This document shows, in pieces, positions 30,050 through 40,698 of a stretch of DNA of 64,000 nucleotides; position 1 is the stretch's first letter; every line of letters starts with the position of its first letter. The stretch is from Candidatus Peregrinibacteria bacterium CG_4_9_14_0_2_um_filter_53_11 (lineage in GTDB: Bacteria; Patescibacteriota; Gracilibacteria; UBA1369; UM-FILTER-53-11), in contig PFRX01000028.1 in NCBI GenBank assembly GCA_002788775.1, positions 18,959-82,958 of the forward strand, written 5' to 3'. The position numbers were made by a program, and so were the translations under genes. The notes beneath the pieces were generated by a model, which did no database searches, was not told the DNA's origin, and saw nothing but the letters and a program-made list of their open reading frames with translations.

Positions 30050-31075
30050 ATGCCCGCTCCGGAAAATAACGAACAGGTGGACTCCAGCAAGTATCAACGC
30101 GCCAAAAATGAGACGAGCAGAGATCCCGACCAAGTAGGTCAGGATCTTATTGAAGATGCCCTCGGCAAGTGCACTGATGCTCAGGCTCTGGAAAAAACCG
30201 AAGCTGACCCGCGCGCTAGAGCCGTCATCACGAGCATCGTTCGACGCGCCATTCAGCACCAAAAGGCCCAGCAGGAGGAGAATTACTACGACGAGAACCG
30301 AGAAGAGCTCAGCGCCCTCTCCCAATCGGGTGAGCTTCGCGCTCGGATCGCCAACAGCCGGCTCATGCAGGAGACTATCATCCCTGCCCTCAACGCTGCC
30401 TACCAGAGCGGCACCCCCTACCGCTACATTCCCTATTACACCTGGGAAGATGAGGCGGCTCCACATGATGGCTTCGTCCTAAAAGCCGACGACAAGATGA
30501 AAGAAAAGGGCTTTCAAGATATCGACGTCGACTTTGATGAGGAGTTCGGGGAGCTGCTTCCTGCAAAGAGCGCCGTCGCCTCGACCACAGCGAACGAAGC
30601 GGGGGCGGAAGCCCATGAGGTGAGTGGCACAACGTGGAGTGAGGATGAGGGGCGGCTTAACGAAGCTGCAAGTGGGCTCGTTGATAGTGCTACTCCACTC
30701 TTCCCTGAAGATATCGCCGAACTCTGGAAGAAAGTAGAGGCGACGGGGCGGACGATGCCCGAGATTATTGCGGGTTTTTCGGGCACGAGCATGACGCCGG
30801 CAAAGCTCACGGCGATCCTCAACCAGCGGACTAAACTCAGTCCCGACGACTCGCCCGCAGAGCTCGCCGACTTCATCCAAGACCTTCAGGATGCCAACAA
30901 TACGATGGCGACTTATGGAGACATGATGGTTGACCAGAATAGCTACAGAGAGGGGCGTATTCGCCTGGAGATTCTGAGTGAAGGAGTCCAGCCGACCGAC
31001 GAACTCATACAGACAAGGCGTCAGAAAGAAGACCCAACGGATGAAGAGCTCGACTCAATCCCGGAGCTGCGATAA
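30050..31075 (+). CDS. Acidic hypothetical protein
   Basis: 341-aa ORF preceded by TGCTATAAT near 30000. Confidence 0.65.
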   Translation: MPAPENNEQVDSSKYQRAKNETSRDPDQVGQDLIEDALGKCTDAQALEKTEADPRARAVITSIVRRAIQHQKAQQEENYYDENREELSALSQSGELRARIANSRLMQETIIPALNAAYQSGTPYRYIPYYTWEDEAAPHDGFVLKADDKMKEKGFQDIDVDFDEEFGELLPAKSAVASTTANEAGAEAHEVSGTTWSEDEGRLNEAASGLVDSATPLFPEDIAELWKKVEATGRTMPEIIAGFSGTSMTPAKLTAILNQRTKLSPDDSPAELADFIQDLQDANNTMATYGDMMVDQNSYREGRIRLEILSEGVQPTDELIQTRRQKEDPTDEELDSIPELR

Positions 31076-31185
31076 GAAAGCCCCACTCCGCGACCAAAAA
31101 AAGTGGATTTTTTGATTGAAAAACTATACAGTCTATAAGGCTGTATTTTCGAGATGGATCTCGCAGCCCTAGAAGAAATCAACTT

Positions 31186-33810
31186 ATGCCACGAAAGACC
31201 ACAATTAAAAGCGACGATCAGGAGAATGAGCTTCCCGAGGATGAACAGTCTGACGGAAACGACGATGGAGAGGGGCAGACCCAGCTTCAGGTAGACGCCG
31301 AGTACGAGAATCGCGACGTTACCAAAGAGATGGAAGAGAGCTACCTCGACTATGCGATGAGCGTTATCGTCTCACGTGCTCTTCCCGATGTCCGTGACGG
31401 TCTCAAGCCGGTACACCGACGTATCTTATATGCCATGCACGAGCTGGGCCTCTCTTCGAGTGCCAAGTTCCGAAAGTCGGCTGCGGTCGTTGGAGACGTG
31501 CTCGGTAAATACCACCCCCATGGCGACAGCGCCGTTTACGACTCCTTGGTTCGTATGGCTCAGGATTTTGCCATGCGCTATCCCCTCGTTCGCGGCCAGG
31601 GTAACTTCGGCTCGATCGACGGAGACTCCGCAGCTGCCATGCGTTATACCGAGGCAAAGCTGGAAGCGCTTGCCGAAGAGATGATGGCAGACATAGAAAA
31701 GGAGACGGTCGACTTCCACGACAACTACGACGGAACGCGCAAAGAGCCGTCCGTTCTTCCTACAAAGGTTCCCCAGCTCCTCCTTAATGGTGTTTCCGGT
31801 ATCGCCGTTGGTATGGCTACCTCGATCCCCCCACACAATCTCACTGAGCTGGTCGATGGGATCTCTCACCTCGCAGATAACCCGGAGGCGACTATTGAAG
31901 ATCTGATGGAGTTCATCAAGGGCCCTGACTTCCCCACCTCCGGCATGATCTATGATCTCAATGCTATAAAAAATATGTACCTCAATGGTCGCGGTGGCAT
32001 TATCATGCGCGCAAAGGCCGAGATCGTAGAGCGGAAGAACGACCGCTTCGACATTATGGTCACCGAGATCCCTTACCAAGTTAACAAGTCCAACCTCATT
32101 TTGAAGATGGCAGATCTCGTCCGCGACAAAAAGATCGTCGGAATTAGTGATATACGAGATCAGTCCAGTAGTAAGGGAATCGAGGTGGTTATTGAGCTCA
32201 AGAAAGATGCCTACCCTCGCAAGATCCTCAATCAGCTCTTCAAGATGACCGACTTGCAGACGAGCTTTAATATGAACATGATAGCGCTCGTCGATGGCAT
32301 TCAGCCCCGCCTCCTCAACCTCAAGCAGGTTTTGGAGTACTTCATCGCGCACCGCAAGGTTACGATCACGCGTCGCACCGAGTACGAGCTTAAGATTGCC
32401 GAAGCCCGCGCTCATATCCTCGAAGGACTGGAGATCGCACTCAACAATATTGATGCGGTTATCGAGACCATTAAGAAGTCCGAGACAAAGGAGATTGCTC
32501 ATGAGGCGTTGATGAAAAAGTTTAAGCTCAGCGAGAAACAGGCCTCGGCCATTCTCGAGATGCGTCTTCAGACTCTTGCCGGACTTGAGCAGCAGAAGAT
32601 CACCGACGAGCTCGCCGAGAAAAAGTTGCTCATTGAAGAGCTCAAGGGCATTTTGGCTGACACGAGCAAGGTCCTCCAAATCATGAAGGACGAGCTGCAG
32701 GAGCTCAAAAAGAAGTTTGGTGATGAGCGCCGCACCAAGATCATTCCTCACGCCGTTGGCGAGATCTCAAGCAAAGATACGATCCCCAATGAGCCGATGG
32801 TAGTTGTCCTGACACGCGAGAACTATATTAAACGAATTCCTCCATCGACCTTCCGCACCCAGCACAGGGGGGGCAAGGGTATTATTGGAATGAAGACCAA
32901 GGATGCCGACGAGATCAAGATCATCCGTCACACACGCAATCACGAAGATCTTCTCTTCTTTACCGACCGAGGGCGCGTCTTTAAACTCCCCGTCTACGAG
33001 ATCCAACAGTCTTCACGAACGGCAAAGGGCCAGGCGATCGTAAACCTCCTGCAGCTCGAGGAGAATGAGGTTGTTACCGCTATTCTTAACATTCCCGAGA
33101 AGTTCACCGGCCAGTACCTCTGTATGGCAACCCGCAAAGGCACCATCAAGAAAACACCGGTAACTGACTTCTCAAATGTCCGCCGAAACGGACTGATCGC
33201 CATCAAGCTTCGCGACGACGATGCACTCGAGTGGGTTCGTGAGCTCAACGAGGGCGAGCAGATTTTCATGGCAACATCAGATGGAAAGAGCATCCGCTTT
33301 AATCAAGATGACGTCCGCCCGATGGGACGCGTCAGCATGGGTGTCCGAGGTATTAGAACCAAGGGCGAGGACTACTGTGTCGATATGGATGTCGTTCGCG
33401 ATCCCGAGAATGCCGAGGTTCTCATCATCATGCAGAATGGTCTTGGCAAGTCGACGAAGATTAGCAACTACCGCCTGCAGGGACGTGGAGGAAGCGGCGT
33501 AAAGACGGCTCGTGTGACAGCCAAGACCGGAAAGATCATTGGAGCAAAGGTGCTTTCTTCCGGTGCAGAGGAAGCCGACCTGATCATGGTGTCAAAGGGT
33601 GGCGTCGTCATACGTCTCAACCTCAACGACATTCCTTCTCAGGGGCGTGCAACTCAGGGGGTTTACCTTATGCGTCTTGAAAAAAATGACTACGTCGCCT
33701 CGACCTCCCTCATCACCCATGAATTTGACGAAGAGACCGAAGTCGACGCTGAGGGTAAGCCTATTGTGAAGCCGGTCAAAACGACTGAAGAACAAGAGGC
33801 ACTTCTCTAA
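31186..33810 (+). CDS. gyrA: DNA gyrase subunit A
   Basis: [22 protein letters not shown], GyrA-box QHRGGKG, C-terminal pinwheel repeats. Confidence 0.97.
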   Translation: MPRKTTIKSDDQENELPEDEQSDGNDDGEGQTQLQVDAEYENRDVTKEMEESYLDYAMSVIVSRALPDVRDGLKPVHRRILYAMHELGLSSSAKFRKSAAVVGDVLGKYHPHGDSAVYDSLVRMAQDFAMRYPLVRGQGNFGSIDGDSAAAMRYTEAKLEALAEEMMADIEKETVDFHDNYDGTRKEPSVLPTKVPQLLLNGVSGIAVGMATSIPPHNLTELVDGISHLADNPEATIEDLMEFIKGPDFPTSGMIYDLNAIKNMYLNGRGGIIMRAKAEIVERKNDRFDIMVTEIPYQVNKSNLILKMADLVRDKKIVGISDIRDQSSSKGIEVVIELKKDAYPRKILNQLFKMTDLQTSFNMNMIALVDGIQPRLLNLKQVLEYFIAHRKVTITRRTEYELKIAEARAHILEGLEIALNNIDAVIETIKKSETKEIAHEALMKKFKLSEKQASAILEMRLQTLAGLEQQKITDELAEKKLLIEELKGILADTSKVLQIMKDELQELKKKFGDERRTKIIPHAVGEISSKDTIPNEPMVVVLTRENYIKRIPPSTFRTQHRGGKGIIGMKTKDADEIKIIRHTRNHEDLLFFTDRGRVFKLPVYEIQQSSRTAKGQAIVNLLQLEENEVVTAILNIPEKFTGQYLCMATRKGTIKKTPVTDFSNVRRNGLIAIKLRDDDALEWVRELNEGEQIFMATSDGKSIRFNQDDVRPMGRVSMGVRGIRTKGEDYCVDMDVVRDPENAEVLIIMQNGLGKSTKISNYRLQGRGGSGVKTARVTAKTGKIIGAKVLSSGAEEADLIMVSKGGVVIRLNLNDIPSQGRATQGVYLMRLEKNDYVASTSLITHEFDEETEVDAEGKPIVKPVKTTEEQEALL

Positions 33811-33843
33811 GAATTTCTCTATCTGTTGTGCTATAGTCAGACC

Positions 33844-35100
33844 ATGAAACGAATATCAATCACCTCGCTCACTGTCGGTCTTCTTACTCTCGCTTTGGCG
33901 CAGGGCGTTTTCGCAAACGACTTGATAATTGATGACGCTCACGTCTCTCTCTCTACCCAAACGCTGATCGAGGGAAAGTCCGTTCGAGTTTACGCGACGG
34001 TCCGCAACGAGGGGACGAGCGACCTTCTGGGTTTTGTCCGCTTCCTCTCAAACAACAGCCCCATTGGAGCAGACCAGCCGATCTCGGTTGTGGCGGGAAA
34101 AGATGACACGGTCTTTGTTGACTGGTCCCCCGTCCCCGGCCCTCAGAATCTCCGCGTGACGATCGTCTCATTCGATGGAAAAGATCAGAATCCTAACAAT
34201 AATGAGGTGAGTAAGGCGGTCTCGGTTCTGGCTGATACCGATAGAGATGGAGTTCCCAACATTAACGATGATGACGATGACAATGATGGCGTGCCGGACG
34301 CACAGGATGCCTTCCCTCTAAATAAAAACGAGTGGCTCGACTCTGACGGCGATGGAGTTGGGGACAACGCTGATCCTGATGATGACAATGATGGCACCCC
34401 AGATGAGCTGGACAACCTTCCACTCAATGCAAACGAGGTACTCGACAACGATAAAGATGGAGTGGGAGACAACCAGGATCCCGATGACGATAATGATGGA
34501 TGGAGCGACATTGAGGAGGTTGCTTATGGTACCGATCCCTTCAAAGCGGATACAGACGGTGATGGGGTTAACGACCCTCAGGATCTCTTCCCTCTAGACC
34601 CAAGCCAGACGCTCGACACGGACGGTGATGGAATCAGCGACGAGCGCGACCTCGACGCGGATAATGATGGAATCCCAAAAGATGAGGACGTCGATGACTC
34701 CAACCAAGGTCCCGATATCGTCATTGACTCCGAAGGCACGACCTTTCAGAGGATAGCCTTCGTCGGCGACCCTATCCGTTTTGAGACGGGTAACTCCCGC
34801 GACCCGGATGGAGAGATAACCAAAGTTGAGTGGAAGATAAACGGTATCAGCGTTGAGAGCAAGGGGGCTGAGCTCCAGCAAAGTTTCGCCGAGTCCGGCC
34901 GTCAGCTCATAACCGTAAAACTCACAGACGATAAAGGCGAGTCACGTGAGAAGGAGTTTGCCATCTATGTTATTACTCCCACTGTACCTTGGATCTCGCT
35001 CCTCATTCTGCTCCTGCTTGTAGCCCTTGCAATTTGGGGAATAGTTACCTATAGTAAGCGTCGTCCCACTAAGGCGGCAAAAAGATCCAAGAACTCCTAA
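33844..35100 (+). CDS. Secreted, membrane-anchored protein: CARDB + thrombospondin type-3-like Ca-binding repeats + PKD + C-terminal TM
   Basis: Repeated DxDxDGxxD motifs (about 34230-34700), VRNEG..NN CARDB, S.DPDG.I...W PKD. Confidence 0.85.
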   Translation: MKRISITSLTVGLLTLALAQGVFANDLIIDDAHVSLSTQTLIEGKSVRVYATVRNEGTSDLLGFVRFLSNNSPIGADQPISVVAGKDDTVFVDWSPVPGPQNLRVTIVSFDGKDQNPNNNEVSKAVSVLADTDRDGVPNINDDDDDNDGVPDAQDAFPLNKNEWLDSDGDGVGDNADPDDDNDGTPDELDNLPLNANEVLDNDKDGVGDNQDPDDDNDGWSDIEEVAYGTDPFKADTDGDGVNDPQDLFPLDPSQTLDTDGDGISDERDLDADNDGIPKDEDVDDSNQGPDIVIDSEGTTFQRIAFVGDPIRFETGNSRDPDGEITKVEWKINGISVESKGAELQQSFAESGRQLITVKLTDDKGESREKEFAIYVITPTVPWISLLILLLLVALAIWGIVTYSKRRPTKAAKRSKNS

Positions 35101-35109
35101 CGAACTCCC

Positions 35110-35481
35110 ATGAAGACAGCTATACATCCCACCTACTACACAGAAGCAACCGTTATCTGCTCATGCGGCAGCACGACTACGGTCGGCTCCACACAGAAAG
35201 AGCTCAAGACTGAGTTGTGCTCACAGTGCCACCCTTTCTACACAGGTCAGCAGAAGCTCGTTGATACTGCCGGTCGTGTTGATAAGTTTGAGCTCAAGCG
35301 AAAGCGCGCAGAGGCCCTTAAGGCCGAGAAAGAGAAGCGTACCGCCGATAAGAAGGCACCAAAGGTATACAAGGAGAAAGAGGTTCCGGCTGAGGTTTTG
35401 GAGCGTGCTATGGGAGCAAAGGCAGCCGCCGATGAGACTGCTCCTGAAGTGGAGGCTCCCAAGGAAGAGACGGCTGAGTAA
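35110..35481 (+). CDS. rpmE: 50S ribosomal protein bL31 (Zn-binding type) with C-terminal extension
   Basis: [26 protein letters not shown]. Confidence 0.95.
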   Translation: MKTAIHPTYYTEATVICSCGSTTTVGSTQKELKTELCSQCHPFYTGQQKLVDTAGRVDKFELKRKRAEALKAEKEKRTADKKAPKVYKEKEVPAEVLERAMGAKAAADETAPEVEAPKEETAE

Positions 35482-35526
35482 GACAGCTCCTTGCCCGACT
35501 AAACTAGCTGAACTATACTGAGACCA

Positions 35527-36663
35527 ATGGGTAATACCTTTGGTCTCTTTTTTCGGGTAACAACATTCGGCGAGTCACACGGAGCCGGCCTTGGCTGTGT
35601 TATCGACGGCTGCCCTCCCAACCTCCCGATCGATCTTGAGCTTCTTCAGCATGAGATGGATCGCCGGCGGCCCGGCCAGTCGGATATTACGACGCCCCGA
35701 AACGAGGGAGACAAGGTGAAGGTACTCTCGGGCATTTTTGAGGGAGTAACCCTCGGAACGCCGATCGCCCTTATGATCGAGAATACCAACCAGCAGTCAA
35801 AGGACTACAGTAAGCTCAAAGACGTCTTCAGACCCGGCCACGCCGACTACACCTGGCAGATGAAGTATGGCATCAGAGATTACCGTGGCGGTGGCCGCTC
35901 ATCGGGCCGCGAGACCTCAGCACGCGTTATGGCCGGTGCCATTGCAAAACAGATTCTGGGCCAGCTGGGGATCAGCGTGATCGCCTTTAGCAGGCAGATC
36001 GGGGAGATTCGAGCTGAAAAAATAGACCTCAGCACCATTGAGAAGAATCTAGTTCGGACGGCAGACCCCGACAAGGCCCCCCTTATGGAGGAGCTTGTCC
36101 TCAAGGCAAAAGAGGAGGGTGACTCGGTTGGTGGGATCGTCGAGCTCCTGATCCAAAACGCGCCCGTGGGTCTGGGTGAGCCGGTTTTCGACAAGATCAA
36201 TGCCGACCTGGCCAAGGCGATCGTCTCTATTCCAACGGTAAAGGGGATTGAGTTCGGCGCGGGATTCGACGTGGCGACAAAAAAGGGCTCGGAAAATAAC
36301 GACACATTTGTTGCCGATAAGGAGAGCGAGGCGGGCATCGGACTGGCTAAAAATGATGCGGGCGGGATCGCCGGAGGCATTACAACCGGCCAGGATATCG
36401 TCATGCGCATAGCGGTCAAGCCCCCTTCCAGCATAAACAAAGAGCAGAAGACGGTGGATGCCCATGGAAACCCGATCACGCTCGAAGTGGGCGGGCGACA
36501 CGACCCCTGCATAATCCCCCGCTTTATACCTGTTGCGGAGAGCATGGCGGCGATCGTCATTCTAGACCACCTCCTCCGCTATCGGGCTCTCTGTCCAGAT
36601 AAAGTCCCCTTCCCCGCGGTGTCTGCTACGTCCCCCAAGGCCGCGCGATCTTCCCGAGCATGA
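35527..36663 (+). CDS. aroC: Chorismate synthase
   Basis: GESHG, RRRPGQS, RPGHAD, GGGRSSGRET, GDSVGG, GRHDPC; the last ~25 aa are atypical and overlap a livF relic. Confidence 0.95.
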   Translation: MGNTFGLFFRVTTFGESHGAGLGCVIDGCPPNLPIDLELLQHEMDRRRPGQSDITTPRNEGDKVKVLSGIFEGVTLGTPIALMIENTNQQSKDYSKLKDVFRPGHADYTWQMKYGIRDYRGGGRSSGRETSARVMAGAIAKQILGQLGISVIAFSRQIGEIRAEKIDLSTIEKNLVRTADPDKAPLMEELVLKAKEEGDSVGGIVELLIQNAPVGLGEPVFDKINADLAKAIVSIPTVKGIEFGAGFDVATKKGSENNDTFVADKESEAGIGLAKNDAGGIAGGITTGQDIVMRIAVKPPSSINKEQKTVDAHGNPITLEVGGRHDPCIIPRFIPVAESMAAIVILDHLLRYRALCPDKVPFPAVSATSPKAARSSRA

Positions 36664-36899
36664 CCGTTGAGGAGAACCTCAAGATGGGGGGCTACATTAT
36701 GAGTGACAGAGAGACCGTAACAGCCGCTATCGACTACGTTTATGAGAAGTAGCGCCGTCAGCAGAAGGCCAAGCTGATGTCGGGTTGAGAGCAGCAGATG
36801 CTCGCTCTGGGCCGCGCTCTCATCCTCAAACCACGACTCATTCTTCTTGATGAGCCCTCGATCGGCCTGGCTCCAAAGATTGTCGAGGAGGTCTTTAAG
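36615..36899 (+). pseudogene. livF: Internal fragment of a LivF-like ABC ATPase
   Basis: One frame reads RGVCYVPQGRAIFPSMTVEENLKMGGY...[50 protein letters not shown]; no Walker A, two in-frame stops. Confidence 0.85.
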
Positions 36900-36960
36900 C
36901 CTACCTGGGCAAGAGTGCCGCCTAACAGGTTTGATAGAGCTGCAGTGCGAGGAGCAGTAA

Positions 36961-36989
36961 TTGACATAATTAGCCTAAAGTGCTATTAT
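36961..36989 (+). promoter_or_regulatory. sigma70 promoter with extended -10
   Basis: TTGACA-17 nt-TATTAT preceded by TGC. Confidence 0.65.
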
Positions 36990-37029
36990 ATTCAACTGAG
37001 AGGCTTGAATACTATTTAGTACTACACCC

Positions 37030-37545
37030 ATGGCAGAAAATGCAGAAGAAAAAGTAGAGTCAGGTAAAGCTGAAAAAGGGCGCCTCATCGTTGAGGGGCC
37101 AAAAGCGCTTGGACGTGGTCTGTGGAAAGGTGTTAAAGGTGTAACCGGTTTTGTTAGTCGACGCGTAAAGGGCGCGGTTGGCGGAGCCGTGGATGCAACG
37201 TACGGACAGGTTACCGGAGAGTTAGCTGAAGCCGCCCAGCGCATGGGCTTTGAGCAGAAGGGGACCGGTCCCTTCAGACGGGTTGGTGATGTCGTAGAGA
37301 GAACAAACAGTGCAGTAAGTAAGGCCGTCGGGGGAACAATTGACTATGCCACCAGCATCCCCGGACGTGTTACGAGCAGAACAACCGCAGCCGTACAGCG
37401 TGTCTGGGATGCCTTCTTTGGAATCGATCGTCCTGCAAAGGATGCGGAGCTGGCAAAGAGAGTTGCAGCCAGACGAGCGCGCAAACAGCGTGTGGCCGAG
37501 GCTCTTGCCGGTGATGATCTTAGTGGAGCGGCCGGTGCGCACTAA
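37030..37545 (+). CDS. Hypothetical protein (Gly/Ala/Val-rich amphipathic)
   Basis: 171-aa ORF downstream of a clear promoter. Confidence 0.65.
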   Translation: MAENAEEKVESGKAEKGRLIVEGPKALGRGLWKGVKGVTGFVSRRVKGAVGGAVDATYGQVTGELAEAAQRMGFEQKGTGPFRRVGDVVERTNSAVSKAVGGTIDYATSIPGRVTSRTTAAVQRVWDAFFGIDRPAKDAELAKRVAARRARKQRVAEALAGDDLSGAAGAH

Positions 37546-37602
37546 GGCCGTGAGAGAGTGAAGAGCTCTCGAAGTTTTCCGCCAGCACGGTATACTTGAG
37601 GC

Positions 37603-38883
37603 ATGCTTCCCTACCTTGTCGAACAGTTCAAAAAACATGACTCTAAAATTCAGGAGTGGTTTTCCTACTACGAGAGCCAGATCGGCTCCGAGCCTATCTA
37701 TGCCTCGGTGGACTTGAGGAATGCCGGATACAAGATCGCTCCGGTAGACACGAACATCTTCCCCGCAGGCTTTAATAACCTCTGCCCCAGCTTCCAGCGC
37801 GAGGCGACTCGGCTTTTCAAGGAGGCTCTTAGCGCGCCCGGAATCGACCGAAAGCTGCTCGGAGGCCGTGGCGAGATAAAAAAGATCCTGATTTTGGCCG
37901 AGGAACACACCCGGAATCTCTTCTACTTCGACCATCTGCACGCACTCAAATCTATTGTTGAGGCGGCGGGCATAGAGGTTGTCGTGGGGAGCTTATCCAC
38001 GGATCTACCCGCTGAAGAAAACTTTTTCGAGAACGCTTCGGGCAAGAAGGTGACGATCGCTCGTGCTGCCGAGAAGAACGGCAAACTCCAGACCTCGACC
38101 TTCCTCCCCGACCTCATCCTGATCAACAACGACTTCTCAGCCGGCCTCCCCGAGGTCATTAGACGGGTCAAACAGCCCATGGTTCCCACTCCGCATATTG
38201 GCTGGCACAGAAGGAAAAAGAGCGACCACTTCACCCACTACCGGAAGTTCATCGAAAACTTTGCGGAGCACATCGAGATCGACCCTTGGCTCATGCTTGC
38301 AGAGTTCAGTATGGTTGACGAGCTGAATCTCAGTGAGAGCTCGAGCACCGAGCGGTTGGCCGCAGAAGTTGACCGCCTCCTTGCCATCATTCGAGAGAAG
38401 CACCACGCTCACGGAGTTTCAGATGAGCCCTTCGTCTTTGTCAAAAACAATGCGGGAACCTACGGTATGGCCATCATGACCGCCCACTCGGGCGATGAGT
38501 TTCTTCAGCTGAATAAGAAGCAGCGCAAAAACATGAAAACGGGCAAAGGAAGTCAGTCCGTAACGAGCCTCATTATTCAAGAGGGGCTCGTTACCGTCGA
38601 CCGCTTTCAAGGACTCGTCGCCGAGCCGGTCGTCTACCTTGTAAACAACCAAGCCTGTGGCGGCTTCTTCCGCCTTCACGACTCCGTTGATGAGCGCGGG
38701 AACCTGAATCAGCCGGGCATGCGTTTCAGTAAGCTCTGCTTCCACGAGCTAACAGGCTATGAAAACGTCTACGAGAAGGCCTGTGACATGGACTGCCTCA
38801 GCATGGTCTACAAGTATACTGCTCGCATTGCCTCACTGGCAGCCGGTTGTGAAATTAACTCTATCCCACTTCATGAGATCTAA
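37603..38883 (+). CDS. gshA: Glutamate-cysteine ligase, GshA (PF08886-type)
   Basis: YASVDLRNAGYKIAPVDTNIFPAGFNNL, EEHTRN, LINNDFS, GTYGM, IQEG, AEPVVY; overlaps gshB. Confidence 0.88.
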   Translation: MLPYLVEQFKKHDSKIQEWFSYYESQIGSEPIYASVDLRNAGYKIAPVDTNIFPAGFNNLCPSFQREATRLFKEALSAPGIDRKLLGGRGEIKKILILAEEHTRNLFYFDHLHALKSIVEAAGIEVVVGSLSTDLPAEENFFENASGKKVTIARAAEKNGKLQTSTFLPDLILINNDFSAGLPEVIRRVKQPMVPTPHIGWHRRKKSDHFTHYRKFIENFAEHIEIDPWLMLAEFSMVDELNLSESSSTERLAAEVDRLLAIIREKHHAHGVSDEPFVFVKNNAGTYGMAIMTAHSGDEFLQLNKKQRKNMKTGKGSQSVTSLIIQEGLVTVDRFQGLVAEPVVYLVNNQACGGFFRLHDSVDERGNLNQPGMRFSKLCFHELTGYENVYEKACDMDCLSMVYKYTARIASLAAGCEINSIPLHEI

Positions 38884-39829
38884 ACTCCTCTTTATCATCG
38901 ATCCCCTTCCGACCTTTCACTTTGAGACGGATACGACTTTCGTCATCATGGCCGAGGCACAGCGACGGGGCCACGAGGTCTGGACGACTACCATCGATGA
39001 GCTGATGATGGCTGGCTCTCGACCGACGGCACCGATGCGCAGACTGAATATAACTAACCCGGCAGAGTTTGAGTGGCAGGAGTCAGAGGAGACGAAGCGC
39101 CCTCTTGATGAGATGGAGCTTATCTTCATGCGCAAAGATCCGCCCTTCAACATGGACTACATTATGGCGACCTACATCCTCTCTCTAGTGGATGAGGAAA
39201 AGACGCTCATCTTCAACAAGCCTTCGGGGCTCCGCGAGTTTAGTGAGAAGATGGGAATTTTCCTCTTCCCCGAACTCATCCCCGAGACTATTGTTGCCAA
39301 GAAAAAGGCCGAGCTCCGCGCCTTCCAAGAGACACAGGGGACGATCGTCCTCAAGACGCTTGACGGTTTTGCGGGAAGCAATATTTTCGTCCTGCACAAG
39401 GATGACAAGAACCGCAATGTCATTCTAGAGACAATGACCCGTGGGGAGCAGCGCTATGTTATGGCTCAGCGCTTTCTGCCCGAGATAAGTCAGGGCGACC
39501 GACGTGTCCTCGTTCTCAACGGGGAGATTCTGGGAGTCCACAACCGGCTGGCGGCTATCGATGACTACCGAAGCAATATCTCCGCAGGCGGGAGGAGTGC
39601 CGCCGCCAGGCTCAGTGAAAAAGAAGAGGAAATCTGCCTCACGATCGCACAGCGCCTCCGCAAACTGGGAATCGTCTTCGCGGGAATAGACCTGATTGGA
39701 ACCTTTGTAACCGAGATTAACGTTACAAGTCCCACAGGCCTGGTTCTCATAAACAGTCATGAGGGAGTACATCTTGAGGCCCACGTCCTCGACTTCTTCG
39801 AACAGGCCATCGCAGCTCATACGGCATGA
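38873..39829 (+). CDS. gshB: Glutathione synthetase
   Basis: DTT..M.EAQRRG, MRKDPPF, EK, GDRRV, RSNI.AGG, GID.IG, EINVTSPTG; start set at ATG 38873. Confidence 0.93.
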   Translation: MRSKLLFIIDPLPTFHFETDTTFVIMAEAQRRGHEVWTTTIDELMMAGSRPTAPMRRLNITNPAEFEWQESEETKRPLDEMELIFMRKDPPFNMDYIMATYILSLVDEEKTLIFNKPSGLREFSEKMGIFLFPELIPETIVAKKKAELRAFQETQGTIVLKTLDGFAGSNIFVLHKDDKNRNVILETMTRGEQRYVMAQRFLPEISQGDRRVLVLNGEILGVHNRLAAIDDYRSNISAGGRSAAARLSEKEEEICLTIAQRLRKLGIVFAGIDLIGTFVTEINVTSPTGLVLINSHEGVHLEAHVLDFFEQAIAAHTA

Positions 39830-39878
39830 TAGCAAAAAATAAGAATACCCGACCCGTCGCCTAAACCTATACCCCCTA

Positions 39879-40673
39879 ATGTTTTCAAAATACCTCTCCA
39901 TTATGCGGCTCGGCTGGCTCGACGCCATTGAGTATCGGACGGAGTTTTTTATCGGAATATTTGGCTGGAGTATCAGGCTCGTTATAGCCCTCTTTCTCTG
40001 GGCGGCGGTCGCACAAGCCTCTGGTGGAACGGTCGGCGGCTACACCTTCCCGGAAATAATGGTCTACTTCTTGGTCGTCCAGATTCTCTCGAGCTTTATC
40101 TTCTCGAGGGTCTCGTTTGTAATGGCGATGGATATCTATCGTGGCGACTTCGTGAACTTCCTCCTCAAACCCATCAACTATGTCGGGATGAGAATGGTCC
40201 ATGAGCTGACACGTAATGCCTTCCGGACGATCCTAACCTTCCTCCTCTTTGGGGTCGTCATAGCTTTTGTCGGAGAACTTCCCGGGCTAACGGCTACACG
40301 CCTGGGGATCGCAATTCTGAGTATGATCGGGGCCTACCTCCTCAACTTCTTCATCGTGGGGATCATTGCACTAAGCGCCTTCTGGATCACGAGCAGTAAC
40401 CGCCTCACCTTCATCTACTTTGGCATTCTGACCATCTTCTCGGGCATGATGATACCCCTCGACCTGTTTCCCGAGCCCTTTAAGGAGATCGTCCTCAACC
40501 TGCCCTTCGCTTTTATCTTCTACTTCCCGGCGAAGGTCTTTCAGAACCCGGCCGACCCCCTAACGTTTCTGCCCCAGCTTGGGCTTCAGTGGCTTTACCT
40601 TAGCCTTATAGGCCTGCTCATGTGGTTCCTCTACAGGCGCGGCGTCCGCCACTTCGAGGCCGTTGGACGATAG
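39879..40673 (+). CDS. ABC-2 family transporter permease (DUF990-type)
   Basis: 6 TM helices, I..G....LLKP, SG...PL..FP. Confidence 0.85.
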   Translation: MFSKYLSIMRLGWLDAIEYRTEFFIGIFGWSIRLVIALFLWAAVAQASGGTVGGYTFPEIMVYFLVVQILSSFIFSRVSFVMAMDIYRGDFVNFLLKPINYVGMRMVHELTRNAFRTILTFLLFGVVIAFVGELPGLTATRLGIAILSMIGAYLLNFFIVGIIALSAFWITSSNRLTFIYFGILTIFSGMMIPLDLFPEPFKEIVLNLPFAFIFYFPAKVFQNPADPLTFLPQLGLQWLYLSLIGLLMWFLYRRGVRHFEAVGR

Positions 40674-40698
40674 TGCACGGGCGATAAGATCTTCCTTT

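Noticed and set aside
31426..32751. 441-aa antisense ORF inside gyrA, and similar shadow ORFs opposite prfA, gyrB, aroC and the Rhs gene
   Set aside because: Fully overlaps highly conserved genes on the opposite strand and shows no recognisable motifs; explained by codon bias.
34230..34700. Quasi-periodic GAT/GAC-rich repeats
   Set aside because: These encode DxDxDG calcium-binding repeats; there are no identical direct repeats with spacers, so not a CRISPR array.
36798..37019. 73-aa [15 protein letters not shown]... as an independent gene
   Set aside because: It is the post-stop remnant of the livF pseudogene running into promoter DNA.
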